Shown here piece after piece: positions 12,980 to 26,332 of a stretch of DNA of 64,000 nucleotides; position 1 is the stretch's first letter; each line of letters begins with the position of its first letter. Source of the DNA: Zygnema circumcarinatum SAG 698-1b (Eukaryota; Plantae; Zygnematophyceae). The DNA lies in the NCBI GenBank assembly GCA_037447605.1, contig CM074822.1, positions 1,015,492 to 1,079,491 of the forward strand, given 5' to 3'. The notes beneath the pieces were generated by a model that made no database searches, was not told where the DNA came from, and saw only the letters and a list, made by a program, of their open reading frames with translations. The position numbers and the translations under genes were made by a program.

Positions 12980-13290
12980 CTAGTGTACGAGCAAATCTTG
13001 ACGTCATCATGGCACTGTACGGATGCTTGTCGATTGCTACTTTCTGACGTCACTTCATTGTCACATGACACGCGGCAGAGCTTGATTGGAAAACGGTCGC
13101 CCTTGCGTAACGACAAAAGCGGATTGTCGTTCCGTTGCGGCCTTCAACGGGGACTAGAAACTGGAACTGGACCTGCAACGCAGCCAGAGATTGTCCGAAC
13201 CAATCATACGGACAAGACAATCCGTACGGATTGCAATCGGTACAGCCAGACCAGTGGAAAGAAGGGGTCAACCAGACAGTGGTAGATCCG
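12980..13290 (+). repeat. Dispersed repeat shared with 32630-32960
   Basis: Colinear similarity, including ctttctgacgtcactt...gattggaaa, the GTACGGAC-loop-GTCCGTAC-type hairpin and ggggtcaaccag. Confidence 0.75.
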
Positions 13291-14060
13291 CAGGTCCACT
13301 CTTGACCCGTGATCAGAATTCGAAGATCAATTGTTGATCCATATCTGACATTCTCTCGTGTGATGATTGAACTACAGCACCCTACGGGTAGGATTGTACG
13401 AAAAGTAGGGGCTGTACGGCATGTCCGTGAGTTCAGGGAAACAGAGGCGCGTGAATTGACATTGGGACGGAACGGCGCGGGGCGAACTGGAACGGGATAC
13501 AGTTTCACGGTCACATGGACATCCACTGCATGGCGACGCCACCCAACCAATCTGGGCCGTCCGATTCGTCCGATCGAGAAACTGGCAGTTATTTCATCAC
13601 TCGCGGCCTCGCTTGAGCCCCGCATTTGAGATCCGAAGCCCGTGAAATTGAGAGAGGCTGAGAAGCGCTGTTCTCAAGATTACTAACACTCTCATTGGCT
13701 AAAAAAGTGCATGCACATATGCAAGCACATGCATGTGGCACAGTCACCCATCGTTGAATCGGATGAACAGATAAAAGAAGTGACTCGCTCCCAAAATAGC
13801 ATCATTGGAAACCCTCCAGCAGCTCGCATTCAAAATGTCACAGGGCAAACTGATTTTCCTTCATATCAAAGACGAGATCCGACAAGTAATGCCCAAAATT
13901 CTCTCCTAAAACCAAATAGACATACAAATATATTGCCGAGATCTCACCATTGCCTATTTGCCTATTTCCCCTGGAACTACCAAATACCCACTAGTCCCAA
14001 CACGAATCAGCTTAGATGTGTGACGAAGCAAATGTAGAGGTTCCACCCACAGCTTGTGCC

Positions 14061-14251
14061 TATTGAAAAAGACGGAGTGGACATTGTACGATCAAAGTGA
14101 GGACAGAGAGAGTTGACACAAAAAGACAGATGTGTGATTAACGTGGTAAAGTGTACAATGTCCTAATCTGTTTTATATACATTGCGGCTAGAGCTACGCG
14201 ACAAAAGAGTGTGGAACTAGCCTGAGCAAGGGCGGCCGGGTGTGAAGCACA
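14061..14251 (-). repeat. 3' LTR of the copia element (partial; remainder in the N gap)
   Basis: Matches 18488-18678 and is preceded by the TSD GTGCC. Confidence 0.93.
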
Positions 14252-14261
14252 NNNNNNNNNN

Positions 14262-17200
14262 GTGTTTGGTACGTTGATGGTGCACGGGGTTTTGCATGAG
14301 GGCAAGGGCACCTTGAGAGTCCGTGAAGACGGTGGTAGCGTGAGGGGGAGGAAAGGTGAGGTTGGAGAGGAGGGATCGGAGCCAAATAGCCTCTTTGGCA
14401 GCAGTGGAGGCGGCCATATACTCTGCTTCAGTGGAGGATGTGGCCACTGTAGGCTGCTTCCGAGAGGACCATGAAATAAGGCCACTGCCCAGAGAAAAAC
14501 ACCAGCCAGTAACCGAACGCCTTGTGTCGGGGTCACTGCCCCAGTCAGAGTCACAATAGCCAACGAGGGTGGGGGAGCCAGAGGAGAAGGTAAGGCTCAA
14601 GGCCTTGGTGCCCTGAAGGTAACGAAGGACACGCTTGGCAGCGCTGAAGTGAGCAGAAGAGGGGCGGTGAAGGTATTGGCTTAGCTGCCCGACGGCGGCA
14701 GCTAGGTCGGGCCGGGTACACAACATTGCATACATAAGGGATCCCACGATGGATCGGTAAGTGGCATGCTCCGTGGGGTCGGGGGAGCCAGCCACAAGGG
14801 AGGTAAGGTGAATGTGGGCGTCCAGGGGGGTGGAGATGGGGTTGCAAGCGGCCATCCCAAAACGGTCAAGGAGATCGGAAACATACTTTTCCCGACCGAG
14901 GTGAAGGGTCCCAGCAGCCCGACCAATGACGTGGAACTCGGTGACACCATTGCAGTTCAGCCGAGGTCCGGCTATGTCAAAATGGTCGGGCGAGCCGCTT
15001 GACGTCCTAAATGGGGAAAGGAGGGACCACAGATAATGAGGTCATCAACGTAAACGCAAGGATGGTGAGGGTCTGGACCGCGGGCCACGAAGATAGATGC
15101 CGAAATCGCGCCGAGCAGTGAAGCCGCCGGCAAGAAGGACAAAGATCCAGTAGCGGTTCCGCACGCGTGGTGCTTGCCGAGTCGATGGATTTGCTGAGGC
15201 GCGTAAGAGGTGTTCGTGCCGAGTGACATACCCGCCGGGTTGGCGATAAAGATCGTTTCTGAAGGTCCCCGTAGAGGAATGCGGTTTTGACATCCATCTG
15301 GTGAATTTCCCAATCGTGGGTGGCGGAGAGAGCAAGGAGGACGCGAATGGAGGTGAATTTGGCCACCGGGGCATAAGTTTCGGTGAAGTCGATGCCTTCA
15401 AGCTGAGAGAACCCCTTGGCTACAAAACGGGCTTTATAGCGGTCAACCGAGCCGTCGGATTTTTGTTTGATTTTAAATACCCATTTAGAGCCGATGGCGC
15501 GACGACGGGGTGGGAGGGGGACAAGGTCCCAGGTGTTGTTTTTCTGAAGGGAGAGGAATTCAGCATCAGCGGCAGCTTTCCAGATGGCTGCGTCAGGGGT
15601 GCGAAGGGCGGCAGCAAAAGTAGGGGGGGCAGACGAGGAGGCGATTAAGGCCATGGCGGAGGAGAGGAGGGCATGGCTGCGCGTCGCATAATTTTCCACT
15701 GGTTGCTGTCGCACGCGAAAGTGCTGCGCGGGGGGCAGGGCCGGGGGGAACCGGAGGGGAGAGTGCCGTAGGGCGGGGTGGCGGGGAGGCCGCGACGGGT
15801 GAAGGGGAAGGGGAGTCGGGTAGGCCGGAGAAGGCTTAAGGGGGAAAAAAGGAGGGGAGTCCAGAAGCGAGGGGAGGGTCCCAACCGCTCGGTGAGGTAG
15901 GAAAGCCCTCCAACGTAAGAGGTGGAGTGTACCGGAAAGTAGGAGACGAGGGGGAGGGGGGAGCTGGGAAAGGGGGGGGCCTACGGAGGGGACGAGGGAC
16001 ACCCGGCGGGAGTGGGAAGGGGAGCGCGACCGGGGCGGACAAAGGAATGTCGGGCGCCAATGGGAGCGCTGGGAGGGGAATGATATCCAACGTCAATGAG
16101 GTGGGGGAATCGTGACGGCGCAAGATTGGGATTCGGGCGGGAGGAAGTCGGCGTGGTGTATCGCGGGTCGGTGGCTAATGGAGCCGCTACGACGAGAGAG
16201 CCTCATTAAATGCACGCCGCTACGAAAAGTACACCCGATTTGTCGCATGTAAACACCAGATAATGCATGGGGCCTTGGACGTAGCTGCAGCTGGCGAAAA
16301 ATGCTACTGCACGCCCGCTGGGTCCCCATTTGCCAGACGACTGACGAGATCTTTAGTGTACCAGCTCGCAGCCAAAAATACGGAGGTGGGAGACGGGCTT
16401 GCCGCCCGCCAGCCCTCGTGGAGTACCGTGAGGAAGGGCGCAGGTGGGGTGGAAAGGTCTGGCTGTAAGTGGCTGGTCGTGGAGATGGCTTCCTACCGTA
16501 AGGCCATGGAGGTCGGCAAATGAAGCATAGAGCTTAGCCATGTCGAATGGGCGGTTAAACCGCCGGGCTTAATTCCATTTTGTCAGCGAGGGAGCTGCGA
16601 GTCCGATGGGTGATGCCGTGAAGGCGAAGGTATGTGGAGAAGGCGCGTGGATTACAAACTCGGCCGCTATCAAGGAAAGGTCTCGACGCGCTAATCGAGA
16701 AGGGTCTCGCGACGGGCTTTGAACTCGAAGCGAGTAAAAACGCCCACTTGTGAGTTTATGGGAAAAACATGGGAAAAATGAGTCGCTTGGTCAATGAAAG
16801 TGACAAAGTATGATGCGCCGCCGAGGCTAACATCCACGCATAGGGCCACAGACATCAGAATGAATGAGTGCCAGAGGCTCAGAGACAAGGGTGGAGCTTG
16901 AGGGAAAAGGCAATCTTGTCATTTTTCCTTGAATACAGCCTGAACAAAAGTCTAACTTGTCGGTAGAGAAAGAGTCTAAACCTAACACTAAGCCCTGTCC
17001 GAGAGTTCTGAGGCTACTTTCAGCAAGGTGGCCAAAGCGGAGGTGCCACCGAGCAAAGGTAAGGGGGGGGTCAGTGGTGTGAGCATGGGCGTGCCCAAGG
17101 GAGGCTGCAAAAGAGGTAAGGGAAAACAAGCGGCCGGTTTTGCGGCCGTGCCCAACTACAGCGTCTGGGGTGAAGAAAGTAACCCCGTCTGGCCTAAAAA

Positions 17201-18475
17201 GAGCTGAAATGCCTAAAATCAGGATGGAGGCTACCGAAATGTGATTTTCGCGGTGTACATCCACTGTAGACGCCATCGATGATGAAGCGCCGTCGTCAAT
17301 TAGAGTGGAAAATTCCGGCCGCATTACGCGCGGCAGTCATGAGCCGTTATCCCCTAAGAAAATGGTCATGGGGAGAGGGAGGGGAGAGAGCCGAGAGAAC
17401 CAGTCACGACGAAAAGTTAGATGATGGGAGGCACCCGAGTCAATAAGCCAAGTGGAGTCAGGGAGAGAAGGGTCATACCCAAAAGGGTCCGCGGCCAGAA
17501 AGGCGTGACCGAACTCGGGAGCACCATAGACGACACCCGGGGTGGGAGGCGGGCCGGCCGGGGGGGGGAAGCCGGGGTGAAGAGGGGTACGGGCGGGCGT
17601 GGCGGACCAAGGAGCGGTAGGGAACGCGGAGGGGAGGGGTGGCCACGCAGCCGCATTTACGTGCCCGGGCCGGGGACCGAATCGCTAGGGCCAAATCAGG
17701 CGCCACGATATTTGCCAAGCAGCGGAGGTATCGACGGCGGTCGGCGCCAGCCTCTTGGCCAGAGCGACAGCTTGTCCTTTACGGAGTCCTGCTCCTTGCA
17801 ATACCGACAAAAGAGGGCGCCGTGAGACTGGCTAGTGGAGGACCAGATCTCAAAGCTGGACGCTGCGGGAGGATCTCTGAGGGGTGGAATCTTTTCCTCC
17901 TCGCTCAAAAAGAAGGTCGGCCGATCGACGGTTAGTGAGATCAGGCACCACCGCGCGATGAAGGACCGAAAGAGTCGGGCGCCTGCCTAAAAGATTACAG
18001 ATGATCTCATCATCATGAACTACGCAATCAATGCTGCGAAGCCGTCTAGCAAAGGATTTGACGCGGTCAGTATATGTCAGCATGGTTTCAGAGGATTCCT
18101 TTACGCAGTTAGTGAAGGCACGCCGCTAAAACGGAGTCGGTGAGACCACTCGGGAGGTTCGCACGCATTGGTCGTAAGAGTCCGCGCCGTGGGAGCTGGT
18201 GGCGCCACGACGGTCCGGATGAGACTGGCGCTGAATGCCGAAAGTGTGATAAAGCGGAGAAACGCCTTCTTGTCGCGTTTTGTCCAATCGGCGATCTCCT
18301 TCGCGCGTGCAGCCAAGGCGGCCGCGTCGGCGGTGGAGGGAAGTGGCAAAGGACAGGTCTCTAGACCAGTAACGACAGACCACAGATTCTCTTCCTCAAA
18401 AAGCTGCTGGCACTGAAACTTCCAGTCGTGCCAGTTTGTCCCATCAAATTTTTCAAGCGCATTTGAGGCATGAGT
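14262..18475 (-). pseudogene. Frameshifted copia gag-pol polyprotein
   Basis: Domains are split over many short ORFs (18101-18511, 17696-17908, 16827-17324, 15007-16002, 14217-14855). The zinc knuckle is degenerate (CRYCKEQDSVKDKL), and RT has indels between GDL and YVDD. Confidence 0.88.
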
Positions 18476-18487
18476 GGGCCCATAACC
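18476..18487 (-). other. Primer-binding site GGTTATGGGCCC
   Basis: Directly abuts the 5' LTR. It is the PBS of Drosophila copia-type (Hemivirus) elements primed by an internal fragment of initiator tRNA-Met. Confidence 0.85.
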
Positions 18488-18803
18488 TATTGAAAAAGAC
18501 GGAGTGGACATTGTACGATCAAAGTGAGGACAGAGAGAGTTGACACAAAAAGACAGATGTGTGATTAACGTGGTAAAGTGTACAATGTCCTAATCTGTTT
18601 TATATACATTGCGGCTAGAGCTACGCGACAAAAGAGTGTGGAACTAGCCTGAGCAAGGGCGGCCGGGTGTGAAGCACACAGCCGCAAAGGTACAACTAAA
18701 CTAACAGAAAAGTACAAGCTAAAAGCACAGCCAGGTGTAAGTACACGTGGCTGGGAAAACGACAAAATAGTACGACAAAACTGAGAATGTCGGATTCTCA
18801 ACA
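18488..18803 (-). repeat. 5' LTR of the copia element (316 bp; element-sense termini TG...TA)
   Basis: The plus strand reads TATTGAAAAAG...TCTCAACA and looks identical to 14061-14251 over the ungapped part. Confidence 0.93.
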
Positions 18804-20239
18804 GTGCCTACTTGCAAAAAGAGGCACCCTGTCATCCAAACCAGCCCAGCTTTGTCAGACATTTGTAAGAAGACTCTCAACTTCATGGAAGACATCCCCT
18901 AGTCAGTCCATGGCTGGGGACAACTTTCACATTGCAGCCTCTATTTTCTTCTAAGTATGATTCTGCTTAGAATGTATTCCCAGCTAAATTTACATTCCTT
19001 CTCAATGCCTACACCATACGGAGCACGGCCGCTAAGAGGATCCTGCTTAGTAACCTCCCGTCTTCTGCTGCGCGTAAATCTGGCTCCCATGGCTCCCGGC
19101 TCTATGCTGCCGACGGATCTACCTCCCCCGCTCCTCCCCTTGAGCTCCAGTCTGCACCTCTATTAACCGTACAACCCCCCCCTGATCATCAATTTTCCAC
19201 GAATACCTCTTTATTTGCGCTAAAAGGTTCTTTGTGAGCGGTTGGTTCCTCGTGATTCCCCATGTTGTGTTGAACATGTACATTGGACGGCGCGTGAGAT
19301 CAATCCATGCCACGTCTTATTTCTTTTGTTGCCATCCAGGTTGCCCATCCCATGCTTGCCCATCCCATGGTCCGACTTGTGAAATAACAATGAAGGACGG
19401 CACACGGAGCCACAGATCAAACAATGGGACTTCGGAACTGTCACATGTGACCAGGCAACCTGTTGCAAGGCGTAGCCCTCACACAATGAAGCCCAGACAA
19501 AGGCAATAGCTTTTGAGTTTGTTTGCGTTTGCGCTTTGGCCAGCAATCAGTAAGAGAGGCAGAACTCACTTATCTAAGTGAACACATCATTAAACCATTG
19601 GGATTCCTCCCTTTTCATGATTTTAATTATGTGAAGGTATTGATGCTTCCTTGACAATGCATATGTTGAAGGACATCATGCTAGAGATGCGGAATGAAAA
19701 GGAAAGGCAGTTCAATCAAAGACAAGGGAAGACATGTGATTCACTTCCCACAGGCACACAACTCATGGAAAGGGAATAAGGAAATCTGAATTACTAGATT
19801 ATCAGGTCTGAATTGACATGGAGTGGAGCAGCATCAGGGCGCCGGAGGCCATGTCCTCGTACAAGGGCCTCTCAGCTGCATTGTTTGCAAGATCTTGCAC
19901 GATTTAACTCATATTCCTATCCCCTTCTTCACTAAGTTCTGTCTCTACCTATGGAAACGCGTACAAGCATCACTGCAGCACGCAGTGGGTCAGGGAACTC
20001 TCAAAGGCCTCCGGCTCTGCAGATCTGCGGCGACTTTTGCTGTGATTCTTGGAGTTGCAAGAATAGCGGGCAGCGCTTTTTTACTATAGCCGTACATTTG
20101 GGCGTGTCAGACTTAACAAAAACTTACGAAAACTTGATTCCGTCCTCCACCTTTGATTGAGTCCGGCTGCTCCTCTTCCTAATGTGGAGTCCAAGTATGT
20201 AGATTATACTATAATTAAACTAACTTCAATCATGCGCCA

Positions 20240-23200
20240 TTATTGAAGAATGTAAACCAGATCATCGCCATTCACTACGACTTCTTTAGGCGGATTGGTG
20301 AGAACGTAAGCAGAGGGCGAGCCCAACGTTCCAGGAGCTCTGTACAGCCCGAGGGCCAGCGCCCTGTGCTGCGCCAAAAGGCCGTGAAAGAGCGCTCCGT
20401 ACGACCGCGCTGCGAACTCCGACGGAACCCTAATTTGGTTCAGGGACCACCGCCTGCATTTGTACGGCAGGTCGCCGTCTTCTTCGTCGTCTTCTGCATG
20501 GCGCTGCAAGCCGTCGATCAGTTGCTCGAGGAGCGATACCGCGTTCCGGTTGTAGAAGGTCGCCCGCCTGAGCATGGATAAATGGGGACATGATTTGACA
20601 TGGGCAATGGGTTGGAGCTTCAGGGCTCTACATCGTCCACATGAACATGCTAGCCAAGAAACAAGGGAAGTAGGGGGAGAGAGGGAGGGAGGGAGGGAAG
20701 GAGCTGCTTACGTGACAAAACCAAGCTGAAACGGAGAATATGCTTTTCCTGCCATGTACGGAGGCGTGAAGTGCAGGATCGCTTCACGGTGCCTTTTCCA
20801 ATCCTGTTCCGAACGAGCTCACAAACAACAACTGTTCATAAAGAACGGCATGAAAGCACTCTGTTTCAGCCGATAGAGAAAAAAGTCACTTCACATGTTT
20901 TGGGCCTGCCCGAGAGCTTACCAACTTGTCCACACGCCACTTGCTGACTACAAAATTGGGCGGCAAATATTGAAGGTTTCGGGGATGCTGCAGCTCAATT
21001 ATGAGCTTCTCACCCGCACCCTGCAGATGGAATTCAGACAGAACGCTTAGTATTCACATATGGGTTGGTGGTAACTCCTCAACTTCTGTAGTAACAGATC
21101 GTGATTCATGTTCACAGGTATTTCGTGCTTCTTGCCATCCCCAAAACTCACCGCTGGAATGAGCCTCTCCACGTTTGCTGCAATAATAATGTTGTGGACA
21201 TCACTGCAGCACATATCAAGTATGAGTCAACAGAATTAGTCCAGCATGCTGCAATGCATAGCTCGTTTAATCCAAGTCGTTCAAAGAGTGGGGAGAGAAC
21301 GGGTAGGAGAAGGAGACAATGAGAACGATAGAGAGATCGAGAGGGAGAGGGAGAGAGGGAGAGGGGGAGATAGAGCGAGAGAGAGGAGGGAGCGGTTGAA
21401 AGAATGATACTTGTCAAATGCATCCATCATTCTCGCTCGCGTTGGCGACTCCTCCGCATCATCCGTAAACTGATCGACCGGTTTTCCGAAGTTGGCCAAA
21501 ACTACGATCTTTTCTGTAAATCAGGAAACAAAAGACCAGACACAAGATGGAGCATCAATTGCGAATTCAATCTTCTCGCTCTTTCAAGAAACACCTATAG
21601 CCATCTCACCTTGTTTCAAGTGCACCCGAATCTAATATATCATTCTTTTTGGGACTTTTCACTGTTCAGCAATACTGAGATTTTGAAAATGTGGGTCTCA
21701 CCTGCTTTTTGAACTCCTGCTCTAAGAAGATCCACCTCATACAAAGGAGATCCTTGCACGAAAAAGACTTCCGGAAACATTCCAACATGTCCCCATTGCA
21801 GACTGCTGAGTTCATTCGGATGCAGAATCACAACAGGAGGGTTTGGAAAATTGGGCCGACGGAGGTCGGAGAGGAAGTGGTAGAGGTTGTTCTGCCAAGT
21901 TCCCTGAATTCACAAAAAATTTAAGCCCATTTGAGGTTTTTAAAAAACAAAAGTAATGTGAACGCTTTCGTGCGCTAGAAAGTGAAAGAACGAAATGGAG
22001 TGTTTTGATTGGTTCGGTATTAGCCTAAAACCAGCACAGAAATTGGGTCTCACCTGAATGCAAACCAGCACATGGGGCTGCTTCAAATGCACCATATCCA
22101 ACGTCCTTTCACTCAAATTTTCAAGAATTTCCGCTTTTCTCTTCAGGAGAGCTGCTGGATAGGGACACCCCTGCAAGTTATATGGCGGCCATGCAAGGAG
22201 GCGATCGATAACTTCTGAAGCTTTCATTGAATTTCTTGAGCTCCCTCTATGCAGCTCCGTTTTATCTTTCATATCAGCTTCTAAGGACTCCACTAGACCA
22301 CCGTTTGCCTCCTCCACCCCATTGCTCCTTTCCCCCTCCTCCAAAGCCTCCTTCCACTCTTTTGCCAAGTTCACTACTGCGGGAGTACCGTTGGCCTCCT
22401 TTCTGTCTCCCTCCATAGTGTAAGGAATAAGCTCAGATTGCCTGAAAGATGATGAAGAAGTTAAAGGAACACACTCCCCTCTCTCCTCCAACGCCTGCCG
22501 TTCATTCCAAGCTCTCTCTAAGGCCGCTACCTGCTGCTGTACGGACTCATTTCCTCTCGATTTCTCAAGTGAATGAACACATGAGCATGCTCTACTGAGA
22601 GAGCAGGTAGAGCATACGCTTCTGCTTCCTCCCATCATGGAGACTATATACACCTTTTCAAGGTCAGTGGCCATAGCCAGGCCCACATCATTGGGCTTAA
22701 TCTCGGTCCCGTAAGGGAACAGCTTCTGGATGCGCAATCCGGGTCCAGCCGAAACGTCCAGTGCGAACAGGGCAATATTCAGCTCTTTGTATAAGAAGTC
22801 GGCAATCTGCAGGAGAGAAAGTAGATTTTTCGATAAAGCAGGGGAGGGGAGGTATGGAGGGAGGGCGAAGGGAGTTGGGAGTTCAAAGTCAGCCTATCCC
22901 TATCGGCTCTCTCCCTTCTCCCTATCCGTTTCCCACTATCTCTCTCCCCCCCCCCCTATGACTCCCGCCACATTGCCCTACTCACATCTTGAAACTTTTG
23001 ATGGTGGAAGTGCGGTGGAAACACGAGCGGCAGCGCCTCGTTAGAAAATCCGGCTTGATATTCGGAGATGAAGTGGTCTTGCTTGAAGCCTCTCAAGTTG
23101 GGTTCTTTTACAAAGAGATTATTAACCAAAGTGTAAAGGCCCTTAATGAAACAGCTGCATACGAAACAGAATGGGTGGGCTCTCTCATGATTAAATCATA

Positions 23201-26036
23201 GGCTCTTAGTATCCCCTTTCCATTTTGTTTTGGAAACATTGCGGTGTGCAGCAAACCTAGTCGAATTTTAAGTGAGATAGGGAGAGCGACTATGAGAGCG
23301 AGAAAGAAAAAGTTGGGGGAGGGAGAGGAAGGAGCAGTACCTGCGTGCTAAAAGTTGCAGCCTGAGCTTCTCCAAGCAGATGACCTGCAGATTGGAGGCT
23401 TCCTCTCTATCCCACACTGCACTCGACTGCGTTTCCGGCTTCAAGACTTCCACAATAACGCGAGTTCCAATTCCGCAATATCGTAAAACGGACAGAGTTC
23501 GGATAATTTGTGAGTTATCTTCTGCAGGAGCATCCTTCAATATGACCCCAACAAGCCGACAGATGCTAGCCAATGTCAGGTTTCTGCCAACAGACATCCC
23601 TACACAACATATATATGTATGCATTCATATCAACCAGATTCGAAGGTAAATGCTCCAAAAGTTTGGGTATACTTTGTTTTTTTAGGCCAAACCTGGGTCC
23701 CGGAATCCGCGAGGAGGAATATGGCGGAGGCCGCACGTGCGTGGACGCGGTCGAGGTCCTTCTCCTTTAGAGGCGAGCCTTCCATGAACTCCACAACTCC
23801 GTTGTACTTCGCGATGAGGGTGCTCAACTGGTGGCTAACGGAATGCATGGAAACGGGAATACAGCGGAATGGGTTCATAGGGAGTTCATAGGGTATTTGG
23901 GAAAGAAAGAGTAGGAGGGTGTGCACAAGCCCTTGACATAATGTAAGATTCTGAAAGAAAATAAGCATGAATATATTTGCAGGAATTGGAGGAAACTTAC
24001 GATGGCCGGAACGGGGCAAGAATGATGGTCTTTAGAGGATAGGTAGAATCAATGTACGCTGTGAGATCTGTGGAAGAGAAAAGGAAGAAAAGTTAATGAA
24101 TGCTTGTTTTCAGCAGCATCTTTTGCCTGTTTGAGCGAGTTTAACTGGATTCCATGAATGCTCCTCTCATTGAAAATGCGATGGTTTCTTTTGCAGTGTT
24201 TGATAGAGCAATTTACCTGCATCATGCGTTCCTCGATAAAATTCGGCGAGGAAACTTTCAATTGTTGCGTACGATATTCCGCCACTCACAAGCACATATC
24301 TCGATCCCGCCACTTTTAACACATTGAAAGTTCCGCCATACGGCCTGCANNNNNNNNNNGGAGAGGGGGGAGACGGGGAGATGGAGCAGGGAGAGAGGGA
24401 GGGATCGGGGACCGAGGAGGGGGAGGAGGAAGAGGGGGAGTGGAAGGAGGATGCATGCAAGGGGCGGAGGGGGGGAAGGTGGGGGAGTGGGATAGGGAGG
24501 GGGGGAGGAGGAGGGAGGAGAAGTGAAAAAGGGAGAGAGAGTGGATTGGTGGGAGAGGGAAAGAGGGCGAGAGGGGAGGCGGTGACGGGGAGTGAGGGAG
24601 AGAGAGTAGGGGCGTGGCGGAAAGGGAGAGTGACGGATCGAGGGGGGACGAGAGAGAGAGAGTGGGGGATTGAAGTGTTAGCGAGGGAGGGAGGGAGGAG
24701 TTAAGCTATAATCACCGTAACCCAGACAAAATATATGGCACGAAAGAAACTGAGGCAGCCCGTTGCATCGCAGTCCGTTAGGTCGTCCTTGTGGGCTCTG
24801 TAATACTGAAGTTCCACGTATTGAAGCAGCCCAGCGTCGACCAGAACTGCTCACATAGAAACTTACCCAGCAAACAATCACTGTTCTGAAGAGCAACTGT
24901 TGATGTTTGGGCTAATCAACGTCAACTTTTTAAGTGATGTGTTCAAAACTCAAAATAAAATTGGCTTGGGTATATTTGGGGTCTAACCAATTCCTATAAT
25001 GGAGACCAAAAGAAGGAAGAGCTGCTGCCCGAGATTGGTTCCCCGGATGCCAATTTTCGCAAGAAGCGGATAAATTCTGTAGCATAGAATGTGGTTAATC
25101 AGTTTGCTTTCTTTTAAACGGATGCCTTTTATTTGCATATGCTCGACTGCAAACTCAATGGCCTACTTTAAAGGACTTTTAATCATTTTTATGGCCTTTC
25201 ACTTTATAATTCGTTTTAGGCCACCTCATAGATACGTTTTGAAAAAACCCAAATAATATATATGTTTTTTTCTTTTTAATTTTTTTTCATACCTTAGAAT
25301 TCGGAGGAACTGGAGAAGATGAAGGACGTCCGTAGCTCCGCCATCTCCCGAAGGTCTGAAATTTGGCAGCTCAAAATGAAAGTCAGAACTGGTCTTCTCC
25401 GTCCGTACAAGGTTGGTTGTATGATGTGGGGATCGATCGCTTACATGAAGAGAGTGATGATGGGAATGACTGCCAAGCCGTCGATGATGCCACCTAGTGA
25501 CGTCATGTAGAACAGGCGGACCGGCTCACTGAAAATTANNNNNNNNNNAGGAGGAGAGGAAGGGAGAGGGATGGAGGAGGGGTGGAGAGGGAGGGAGGAG
25601 GGGGGGAGAGGGAGGGAGGAGGGGGGGAGTGGGAAGGAGGAGGGGGAAGAAAGGAGGAGGGGGGGAGAGGGAGGGGGGAGAAGGAGAGAGAAGGGGTGGA
25701 GAGGGAGGGAGGAGGAGGGGAGAGGGAGGAGTGGGGGAGAGGGATGGTGGAGGGGGGGAGAGGAGATGAGGGGAGGGGAGGGGTTGGTGTGAGGAACACG
25801 TGAGCTGATGATCTAGCAGGCGCGTTGAGACGATGACTGGCAAGAAAGGTAGAGGGAGGATGGAGAAAGAGGAGAGATGGTTACCGGGAGTGCCTGGGAG
25901 GAGCATCCATGGCTGCCGAGCTGAAGCCCTTTGGTGCGAGAGGGTCTGATTTCGAATTTCCCACCGCTCCCAATGAGACAGTAGTCACCTCTGAAGCCTT
26001 CTCGGCCTCGCGTACGTCTCTAATTAACCGCAGCAT
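20240..26036 (-). CDS. Slo/BK-type potassium channel alpha subunit, copy A (spliced; part hidden in N gaps)
   Basis: Exon 1 reads MLRLIRDVRE...APPRHSR. S3-S5 and the pore helix read GIIDGLAVIP, QLFLLLVSIIGIVLVDAGLLQYVE and LSFFRAIYFVWVT. RCK1 reads YVLVSGGISYATIESFLAEF, FMEGSPLKEKDLDRV.ARAASAIFLLAD and EDNSQIIRTLSV, followed by SCFIKGLYTLVNNL..EYQAG. RCK2 reads FFVQGSPLYEVDLLRAGV, and the C-terminus reads YGALFHGLL...LGLYR...YVLTNP...DDLVYILQ*. Confidence 0.88.
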
Positions 26037-26332
26037 TTTTTCAACGGAAGTGTCGGAAGAGGGAGAAAGAGGAGGCGAGACAGGGAGAGAGGCGGGAGAG
26101 AGAAAGAGAGGAGAGAGAGAGAGGAGAAAGAGATTAGGTAGTGGAGAGCGAGAGAGAGAGGGGAGAGAGGGAGAGAGAGGAAAGTGAGTTAGAAGGAGAC
26201 TGTGGGAGTAACGAAAGGTAGAAGTTGAAAGTGAGAGAGAGCGACGCGGCGCAAACGACAAAAAGACAAAACGGCCAACGGCTTATGGTTGCACCAACCG
26301 TTGGGGTTGCGCATACAATGTGAAAATAAAAA

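Larger units (their letters stand above)
14061..18803 (-). mobile_element. Ty1/copia LTR retrotransposon (hemivirus-type PBS)
   Basis: Direct LTRs at 14061-(gap at 14252) and 18488-18803, with a 5-bp TSD GTGCC on both sides. On the minus strand: gag (EKFDGTNW..WK), GAG-pre-integrase (HLRFGH, CSGCIQGK), integrase (LIHSDVCGPM), RT (KARFVAKGFSQ..GIDF.ETYAPV, HQMDVKTAFL, YVDD) and RNase H (GYCDSDWG, SSTEAEY), in copia order. Confidence 0.97.

Noticed and set aside
19823-20160. Short ORFs downstream of Slo A
   Set aside because: No recognisable motif, splice structure or paralogous support.
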